In this document: positions 57,798 through 64,000 of the stretch, piece after piece
How positions within the stretch are numbered: position 1 is the first letter of the stretch
Layout: every line of letters begins with the position of its first letter
From: Magnetospiraceae bacterium
GTDB lineage: Bacteria > Pseudomonadota > Alphaproteobacteria > Rhodospirillales > JBMYUJ01
Length of the DNA: 64,000 nucleotides
NCBI GenBank assembly: GCA_049605255.1
Contig: JBMYUJ010000001.1
Coordinates: 25,486 to 89,485 of the forward strand
Direction of reading: 5' to 3'
Made by a program: the position numbers and the translations under genes
The notes under the pieces: model-generated
Database searches by the model: none
The model's input: only the letters and a program-made list of their open reading frames with translations
What the model was told of the DNA's origin: nothing

Positions 57798-58097
57798 ATG
57801 GCCCGCATCCCCCGGTTCGCCGCGCCCCAAGGCGATAACGAGCTTTTCCCGTTCGAATGGGCGGAGCGCCTGGCGAGCTGGGGCCTGGCCGAAGGGAATA
57901 TCCAAAGCCATGATTTTACCCTGCCGGTGGGCCTGACCCAGGTTTATTCGGGCCGGTCGGGCACCATCACCAAGCTGTGGGTGGCCGCCGATGTGGCGGG
58001 TGAATACGACATCATCGCCCATCTCACGGTCTGGGACCCGGAGGTCGGCGCCGTCGACCTCACCGCCAGCCACACCATCAAACTGTCCGTCAGGTAA
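57798..58097 (+). CDS. Small beta-rich protein, putative fibre adaptor
   Basis: AGGAGG SD; F.FEW...L, GEY.I. Confidence 0.5.
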   Translation: MARIPRFAAPQGDNELFPFEWAERLASWGLAEGNIQSHDFTLPVGLTQVYSGRSGTITKLWVAADVAGEYDIIAHLTVWDPEVGAVDLTASHTIKLSVR

Positions 58098-58169
58098 GAC
58101 GGCAGACAGCGATTCTGGCGCATCGCCCCACCGCCAGAGGACCCATCCCGGGGCGCATAGGAGGAAGTA

Positions 58170-58322
58170 ATGGTAGATATGAAGACGGAAATCGAATGCA
58201 AGCGGGCCGTCCCGGACCCGGAAGACCCCGACGCCGTGATCATGGGCTATAAGGTCCGCCCGCAGGATGTGAATCAGCACAATCGCGCCATGGAAAACCT
58301 GCCCGATCGGCACAGCCTCTAA
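58170..58322 (+). CDS. Small hypothetical protein (50 aa)
   Basis: AGGAGG SD; MVDMKTEIECKRAVPDPEDPDAV...; followed by a hairpin near 58348-58371. Confidence 0.45.
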   Translation: MVDMKTEIECKRAVPDPEDPDAVIMGYKVRPQDVNQHNRAMENLPDRHSL

Positions 58323-58421
58323 GATCGATCTTAATACTGGCTTGATGCTCGGCCCCCGGAAAGGGGGTCGAGTTAAGGCCCAACCAGCGGCTTTGGGATG
58401 GGGGAGAGGAAGAGTGAGGCG

Positions 58422-58625
58422 ATGAAAACCTATCACTGGCTGATCACTTGGGGCGTGATGCTGCTGGCCTGGCGGGGCGATGGCTTCGTTTGGGGCCTGA
58501 TCGGCGAACCGGTGATCATCTATGCCGCCCTGATCCTGGCCATCGGCGGCGGCGCCATGATGGTGGTGGAGCTGATCCGCAAACCCCGCACCGACGATAC
58601 GAAACCCACCCGGCCTTGGCCCTAA
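58422..58625 (+). CDS. Small two-TM membrane protein (holin candidate)
   Basis: Two hydrophobic segments and charged C-terminal tail; GAGG SD. Confidence 0.5.
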   Translation: MKTYHWLITWGVMLLAWRGDGFVWGLIGEPVIIYAALILAIGGGAMMVVELIRKPRTDDTKPTRPWP

Positions 58626-58630
58626 GGGCC

Positions 58631-58737
58631 GGGACGGGGGCCGGGGCGCGCCAACGCCCCGAACCGGGGAGCTAGAGGTCCCCACGACCTAGACCGGCCT
58701 GCATCCAGGCCGTCCCGCCACCCCGCACGGGGCGGGA
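58631..58737 (+). ncRNA. Structured 5' leader of the methylase gene (candidate D12-methyl-like RNA motif)
   Basis: GGGACGG/CCGTCCC closing stem enclosing three hairpins, plus an alternative 3' hairpin. Confidence 0.5.
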
Positions 58738-58759
58738 TCGAGAGTAGAGAAACAGATAA

Positions 58760-59563
58760 ATGGAGTCGACAAGAACCATCACCCCCACCGGCCCGGTCGC
58801 CCCGTGGATGGGCGGCAAACGCCTATTGGCAAAAACCATCGCCGCGCGCATCGAGGCCGTTGATCACCAGCTTTATGCAGAACCCTTTGTGGGCATGGGC
58901 GGGGTTTTCCTCCGCCGTCGCCAGGCGCCGCCGGTGGAGGTCATCAACGATTACAGCCAGGATTTGGCCAACCTCTTTCGCATCCTTCAACGCCATTACC
59001 CACAACTCCTCGATACCCTGCGTTTCCAGCTCACCTCCCGTGCGGATTTCACCCGGCTTTGCGCGGTCGATCCCAACACCCTCACAGATCTGGAGCGCGC
59101 CGCCCGGTTCCTCTATTTGCAACGGCTTTCCTTTGGGGGGAAGATCGAGGGGCGGACGTTTGGGGTGCGGTACAAGGACGCTGCGCGGTTCAATCTCACC
59201 ACCTTGGAGCCCAAACTGGCGGAGGTGCATGAGCGCCTGGCTGGTGTGACCATAGAATGCCTGCCGTTCGAGAAGTTCATCCCGCGCTACGATCGGCCCA
59301 CCACCCTGTTCTATATCGATCCGCCCTGGTGGGGACACGAGAACGATTATGGCAAGGAGATGTTCAGCCGGGATGATTTCGCTCGGTTGAAGGGGCTTCT
59401 AAGCAACCTTAAAGGCCGTTTTATTATGAGCCTGAACGATCATCCCGAGGTGCGGAACCTGTTCGACGAGTTCACCATCGAGGAGGTGGAAACCACCTAT
59501 TCAGTAGGCGGTGGTAAACATATCAAGGGTGTCACCGAGGTGCTGATCTTCAATGAGGGATGA
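58760..59563 (+). CDS. D12-class N6-adenine DNA methyltransferase
   Basis: WMGGKR, YAEPFVGMG, EVIND, RAARFLY, FYIDPPW. Confidence 0.93.
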   Translation: MESTRTITPTGPVAPWMGGKRLLAKTIAARIEAVDHQLYAEPFVGMGGVFLRRRQAPPVEVINDYSQDLANLFRILQRHYPQLLDTLRFQLTSRADFTRLCAVDPNTLTDLERAARFLYLQRLSFGGKIEGRTFGVRYKDAARFNLTTLEPKLAEVHERLAGVTIECLPFEKFIPRYDRPTTLFYIDPPWWGHENDYGKEMFSRDDFARLKGLLSNLKGRFIMSLNDHPEVRNLFDEFTIEEVETTYSVGGGKHIKGVTEVLIFNEG

Positions 59564-59565
59564 TG

Positions 59566-59621
59566 GGACACGACCGGTTTTGAAGGACACGACCGGTTTC
59601 GAGGGACACGATCGGTTTGAG
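59566..59621 (+). repeat. Three tandem 19-bp repeats
   Basis: GGACACGACCGGTTTTGAA / GGACACGACCGGTTTCGAG / GGACACGATCGGTTTGAG. Confidence 0.85.
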
Positions 59622-59843
59622 CCGGGCATGGCGGTGATCAGCGCGATAACCAGGCCCAGGCGCCGCAGGCCTCAAAGTCCCCCAGCCACCCCAGCGAGGT
59701 GACCACGGCTGCGATACACAAGAAATCATTTTTGGTTTTTGGCTGTTTTTCGAGAAAAAATGGTCGTTTAAATGCCGTTCAAAAGCCCATAAACAGGCCG
59801 TTGAGCGACCTGCAAAATCCGCAGGCTAAAAGCACTGCCTCCG

Positions 59844-59883
59844 CTTCAAAAACAAGAGTCCAGCACTTCAAAAACAAGAGTCC
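59844..59883 (-). repeat. Right-end putative transposase binding sites
   Basis: Identical 18-mers GGACTCTTGTTTTTGAAG at 59866-59883 and 59844-59861; the outer one is 7 nt from the end, as at the left end. Confidence 0.85.
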
Positions 59884-59890
59884 CGCTACA

Positions 59891-59974
59891 GCGCTCAAGC
59901 TGATGATCGACGGCACCCCGTCCCGGCCGTTCAGCGCTACGACAATAAGGCCGGGCCTAAATGCTGAGCTGTGA
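59891..59974 (+). pseudogene. 3' remnant of the VirD4/TraD-like gene
   Basis: ALKLMIDGTPSRPFSATT... continues ...NLPNYDM in frame. Confidence 0.9.
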
Positions 59975-60065
59975 GACTAGGGAATCCGGCGAGCCTATGC
60001 CGAGCCTAAAGAAATCTACGACAAGAGTAGAAAGATAAAAATGTTTTGTTCATCAATATATTAAC

Positions 60066-60140
<75 letters not shown>

Positions 60141-60158
60141 GCCGGAAAGGCCCGCAAC

Positions 60159-61847
60159 CTAGCCTGCCGCGCGGCGCCCGTCAACGTCTTCCGATGCGCC
60201 CTTCTCCGGGGGCGGCCCGTCAACGGGGATGGGCTCGGAGATATCCCGATCATCATCATCCATTCCCGCGCCCGTAGCGGCTTCCGCTGGGGCCGGGGCC
60301 GTATCATGGGTCATCCGTTTACTTTTTTTTTGGGCGGCGACATCCGGGGGGGAAATGGTCGGTTCTGGTTCCGGCGCAACCTCGGGGGACGTCGCAGCGG
60401 CTGTGGCGGTCTTGTCCTCGGTAGTTTCCTTGGATTCCTGGCCTGCAACAGGCGCGCTGATTTCCACCGCTGTTTTTTCTGCGCTGGCGTCAAGGGCAGG
60501 GTCCGCCGAATCGACCGTCACCGCCAATACCTCGCCATGGGGCGTGAGATCGGCGGGCAGCCGGGGCGGGCGCCGCCAGTCGAAGCTGCCGAAGCTGTCG
60601 CATTGGCCACAGACCGGTTCCCAGCTTTCCACCACATTGCCGCAATTGCCGCAGGTCCAAGCTTCGTCCGCCGGGGCGGCCAAAGCGCGGCGCAACCACT
60701 GCCGGGTGCCCACGGGATCGCCATGTTCCCGCTCTTCCAATTCCGCATACAAAAGGCAAAGCCGTGCGGTGGGCGTGCCGTTCGACGCCGCATCCAAATG
60801 GCTGCGTGCCTGCGCCCAATCCTCCGCCCGCAAGGCCGCTTCGGCGAGCGCCACATGGCTTTCCGGATGGGCCGGGTTGGCGGCCAGCAGCGCCTTGGCC
60901 CGGGTTAGTTCCAGAGCGGCATCGTCCCGCCCCTGGCCAGCCCGGAAGCCCGCGGCCAGTGCCGGATGCGGCGTTGTCGCCCAGGTTTCCGTGATCAAAC
61001 GGTCGGCTTTCTTGAGTTTGCCATCGCCATACATCAGGTTTGCGAGGCGCGCCACACCGGGCACGAAATCCGGCGCCATGCGCTGCGCCTTCTTGGCGAG
61101 GTTGAAGGCCAAGCCCTTGTTGTGCTTCTTCTCCGCATCAATACTTTGCAGATGATAAAGAATGGCGAATTTGGGCCGGGATTCCTCACTGGTGGTGAGC
61201 CGGGCGCGGATCGCCGCGTTCAGGGTTTCTTCCGCCGGTTCCCATTGCGCCGCATGCACCTGTAGATCGAACAGATTGTCAGAGACCCAGGCGGCACGGG
61301 GTTTTTCCCGATGCGCTTTCTGGGCAATTTCCAGGGCGGTCTCCCGATCCCCTTCCTTGAGCGCCTGGGTCAACCGGCCCCGCATGCCGAGGAAGGCCAT
61401 CTCCGGCCGCTCCATCATGCTTTCAAAGAACCGCTGCGCAGCGGTCTCATCACCCGAAAGCTGCGCCGCCTGGGCGGACAGCAACATGGTCAGCGGCGGG
61501 TCCTCCAACAAGGTTTCCGCCTGTTTGGCATGAATGCGCGCCTGTTCCGCATCGCCCGCGGCCACCGCAACCATGCCCTGGGTCAGGGCTTCATAGCCGC
61601 GCCGATGGCGGCTGTTATCCCGCGCGCCCCGCACTTTGTTGGGCACCGCCCGGACAAACAGCAAAACCCGATAGGCAACTGCCACAACACCCGCCAAGGC
61701 CAACACGCCGACCACCAGCAGCATGACCGGCAGTTCCACCTCGTAGCCAAGCCACACAATGGTGGTGGTGCCCGGATTGGCCAGCGCCAGGGCCGTCAGC
61801 CCAACGGCAACAAGAACCAGAATGATGAGGGTAATGGTAAGACGCAT
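60159..61847 (-). CDS. hemY: Heme biosynthesis-associated HemY-like TPR membrane protein
   Basis: Two N-terminal TMs, ALTQGMVAVAAGD, LLSAQAAQLSGD, W.C..CG...W...C..C. Confidence 0.88.
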   Translation of the reverse strand: MRLTITLIILVLVAVGLTALALANPGTTTIVWLGYEVELPVMLLVVGVLALAGVVAVAYRVLLFVRAVPNKVRGARDNSRHRRGYEALTQGMVAVAAGDAEQARIHAKQAETLLEDPPLTMLLSAQAAQLSGDETAAQRFFESMMERPEMAFLGMRGRLTQALKEGDRETALEIAQKAHREKPRAAWVSDNLFDLQVHAAQWEPAEETLNAAIRARLTTSEESRPKFAILYHLQSIDAEKKHNKGLAFNLAKKAQRMAPDFVPGVARLANLMYGDGKLKKADRLITETWATTPHPALAAGFRAGQGRDDAALELTRAKALLAANPAHPESHVALAEAALRAEDWAQARSHLDAASNGTPTARLCLLYAELEEREHGDPVGTRQWLRRALAAPADEAWTCGNCGNVVESWEPVCGQCDSFGSFDWRRPPRLPADLTPHGEVLAVTVDSADPALDASAEKTAVEISAPVAGQESKETTEDKTATAAATSPEVAPEPEPTISPPDVAAQKKSKRMTHDTAPAPAEAATGAGMDDDDRDISEPIPVDGPPPEKGASEDVDGRRAAG

Positions 61848-61850
61848 GGA

Positions 61851-63116
61851 TCACCCGTTCTGTTCGTTCAGTTGCGCCAGTGCTTGCGATTTCAGGTCGG
61901 AAATCGCCTGATCCGCCGTTACCCGGGTCTGTGCCTCGGCCAGCCAAGCAGCGGCTTTGTCGGCGGGCGGCCCGGAGAGGGTCCCCAACTCGGCAACCGC
62001 TTTGGAGAGATCCCCGGCGGCCAACGCGGCTTCGGTCCGGGCGACGACCGCATCGACGCCGTCGCCAGAAAGATCGCCGTCCACCCGCCGCACCTTCACG
62101 ACCGAGGTCATGCGGTCTACCGTACCGGTGAGCCATCCCGCATCTTCCGGGATCACCGCCGCCCGCACGATATCCCCCGCGATGGGGCGGAAGGAATCCC
62201 GGAGCGCGATGACCGTCGGTACGCCAGACGCCGCCAGCGGATCCAGCGTGGCCAGGGCCTCGCCACCGAAATCACCGCCCGCCAACGCCTTGACGGTCGA
62301 CAATTCTTCCGAGAACCCATCGGCCCCAGTCAGGGCCTCGCCCAACTGGCCGATGGCCAACAACAGGGCCGGAACCCGCGTACTCGCCCCCATGGGTTGG
62401 CTTTCCAGCGCGTCCAACCGTTCCGCCAGGGCAGATAGGCCAACTCCGAGATCGGCGACATTGGTTCCCAGATCGCTGAGATTGGTCTCCAACGCCGAAA
62501 GATTGCCCGACACCGCAGGTGTTACAGCGCCCTCCGATGGGGCCGGGGCGCCGCCTTCCAGCGCCGCCAGACGTTTTTCCAAGGTGGCGATTTGTGCCGC
62601 CGCGGATTCCGCGTTGGAAAGCCCGCTTATGGCTGTCTCCAAAGCTTCGATCCGGGCCGCGTCCACCCCACCTTCCATGGGCTGGGCGGCAACGGTCTCT
62701 CCGGTCCCCCCTTCCAAAGCGTCGATCCGTTTTGAGAGGGCACTGATCTTCGGTGACAGGCCGGAAACCGCCGATTGCATGCTGGCCACATCCCCGTTCA
62801 CTTTGAACAAGTAGGCGCCACCGGCAATCACCAAGGCCCCCAATACCGCCGTTGCCCAGGGGAAGCCGCCGGATCGGGGCGGCGGCACCGCCGCCGTGCC
62901 ACCTACGGGTTCTGGCGCGGGCATGTCCTCGGCAGGGGTGTCTTCCACTGCGGTTGCCTCGGCCTCGGGATCGGCAGCAATACCGTCGCTATCTGTCGCG
63001 TCATCGGGCTTGCTCTCCAGGCCTTCCGCCGTCGTAGCCGTTTCCGACTCGGCTTCCGGGGTGGCGTCGGTTTCGTCTTGAATCGCGGGGTCTTTCTCGG
63101 ATTTGGGATCGTTCAT
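61851..63116 (-). CDS. HemX/mitofilin-like (COG4223) membrane protein
   Basis: Acidic N-terminus, one TM, coiled coil, V.VRR, AEAAL..GDL..A..W; lies between hemD and hemY. Confidence 0.8.
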   Translation of the reverse strand: MNDPKSEKDPAIQDETDATPEAESETATTAEGLESKPDDATDSDGIAADPEAEATAVEDTPAEDMPAPEPVGGTAAVPPPRSGGFPWATAVLGALVIAGGAYLFKVNGDVASMQSAVSGLSPKISALSKRIDALEGGTGETVAAQPMEGGVDAARIEALETAISGLSNAESAAAQIATLEKRLAALEGGAPAPSEGAVTPAVSGNLSALETNLSDLGTNVADLGVGLSALAERLDALESQPMGASTRVPALLLAIGQLGEALTGADGFSEELSTVKALAGGDFGGEALATLDPLAASGVPTVIALRDSFRPIAGDIVRAAVIPEDAGWLTGTVDRMTSVVKVRRVDGDLSGDGVDAVVARTEAALAAGDLSKAVAELGTLSGPPADKAAAWLAEAQTRVTADQAISDLKSQALAQLNEQNG

Positions 63117-63274
63117 GGTGCCTTCCGTGTGGATTCCCTTGGGTCGGATCGTTCTGGATGGAAGCGCTTCCAGCGACGCCACCTAAACCGTAAATCCGCC
63201 CCTTTCTCTAAGGTAGAGTGCGATTCACGGGTCAGATTGGCGCTTTATGTGCGTCAATCTTATCCGATCGCACT

Positions 63275-63997
63275 CTAGGTCGCTTTGTCCAACCCCGCAA
63301 CCACGAGGGCGCGGAGAGCCTCTTGATGCGGGCGCGGCGCCACGGCACGGTCCGCAAACCCAAGACCGCCCAGTTTGGCGGCCACCGCCGGGCTTAGGCA
63401 GTAGGCAGTGGTTCCCCCCAATGCGCCGCCAATCCCGATCTTGTGGGCCAGCGTAGCAAAGGTCGTGGCGGTTCGGGGAGAAAAAAACAAGACTCCTTGG
63501 TAATTGCCTTCAAGCAGCCGATTCCGCACATATTTGGGAATGCTTTCGGCGATTTCGGCGGCGTAAAGAACCGCGCGACGGTAGGTAAATCCCTGTCTTT
63601 CCAGGAAACCGGCAAGATCGCCCGCGACTCGGCTGCCCGCCACATGCAGAAGGGCGCCCGCTACGGGGGCTAATTGCGCTGTTACCAGCCGCGCGAGATC
63701 GTCCACATCCCCATCGGCGCTGAAGACCTGGACCATTCCGGCCTCCCGGCAGGCCCGGGCGGAGGCATCCCCCACCGCATAAACCGGCAGGTCTGGCACG
63801 GGGCCCCGGGCCGCCAGCGCGCGCGCGCCATTGGCGCTGGTGATCAAGATCGCCTGCACCCCCTCCAGCGCCAACGGTGCCTGGGTATCCATTTTTATCT
63901 GCAAAAGAGGGGCGATATCGGCGTCGATGCCATCGTCGGCGAGTTGGCGCGCCAAAGGCGTCGAATCCTGTACCGGGCGGGTCAGCAGCACCCGCAT
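63275..63997 (-). CDS. hemD: Uroporphyrinogen-III synthase
   Basis: VLLTRP, ITSANG, AVGDASA, FFSPRTA, CLS.AVA. Confidence 0.93.
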   Translation of the reverse strand: MRVLLTRPVQDSTPLARQLADDGIDADIAPLLQIKMDTQAPLALEGVQAILITSANGARALAARGPVPDLPVYAVGDASARACREAGMVQVFSADGDVDDLARLVTAQLAPVAGALLHVAGSRVAGDLAGFLERQGFTYRRAVLYAAEIAESIPKYVRNRLLEGNYQGVLFFSPRTATTFATLAHKIGIGGALGGTTAYCLSPAVAAKLGGLGFADRAVAPRPHQEALRALVVAGLDKAT

Positions 63998-64000
63998 CAG

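Larger units (their letters stand above)
16090..59890 (+). mobile_element. Mu-like transposable prophage, 43,801 bp, apparently intact, non-contractile tail
   Basis: TGT...ACA termini, GCGCT duplicated at 16085-16089 and 59891-59895, MuA/MuB, Mu-type head genes, tail tube with no sheath. Confidence 0.97.

Noticed and set aside
59566-59621. CRISPR-like array
   Set aside because: Repeats are directly adjacent with no spacers, and no cas genes are present.
59699-59974. 91-aa ORF at the prophage right end
   Set aside because: Chimera of non-coding phage end sequence and the true coupling-gene remnant from 59891.

Overview
Alphaproteobacterial (Rhodospirillales-like) chromosome segment with three nested layers. 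(1) Core chromosome at the right end: tRNA-Thr(CGT) at 60066-60140, then hemY, a HemX/mitofilin-like gene and hemD. (2) An accessory island abutting the tRNA 3' end and running off the left edge: large serine recombinase, P-loop helicase-like gene, XRE regulator, degenerate RuvC-like gene, VirD4/TraD-like ATPase, and cargo (MBL hydrolase, membrane macro-like protein, secreted caspase-SH3-FGE protein, two toxin-antitoxin modules with damaged toxins). (3) An apparently complete 43,801-bp Mu-like transposable prophage (16090-59890; TG...CA ends, 5-bp GCGCT target duplication, non-contractile tail) inserted into the coupling-protein gene. Most notable signals: a convergent promoter-to-terminator unit predicting an ~85-nt structured sRNA right after the MuF-PBECR2 nuclease gene, where an immunity gene would be expected; three antisense genes in the early operon, each spanned by a sense ORF with start/stop overlaps to its neighbours; a shared motif upstream of island core genes; a 3x9x14-aa hierarchical repeat fibre; and DnaA-CTD, GapR and GcrA-like host-regulator homologues. 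All family calls are from motif recognition, not database searches.
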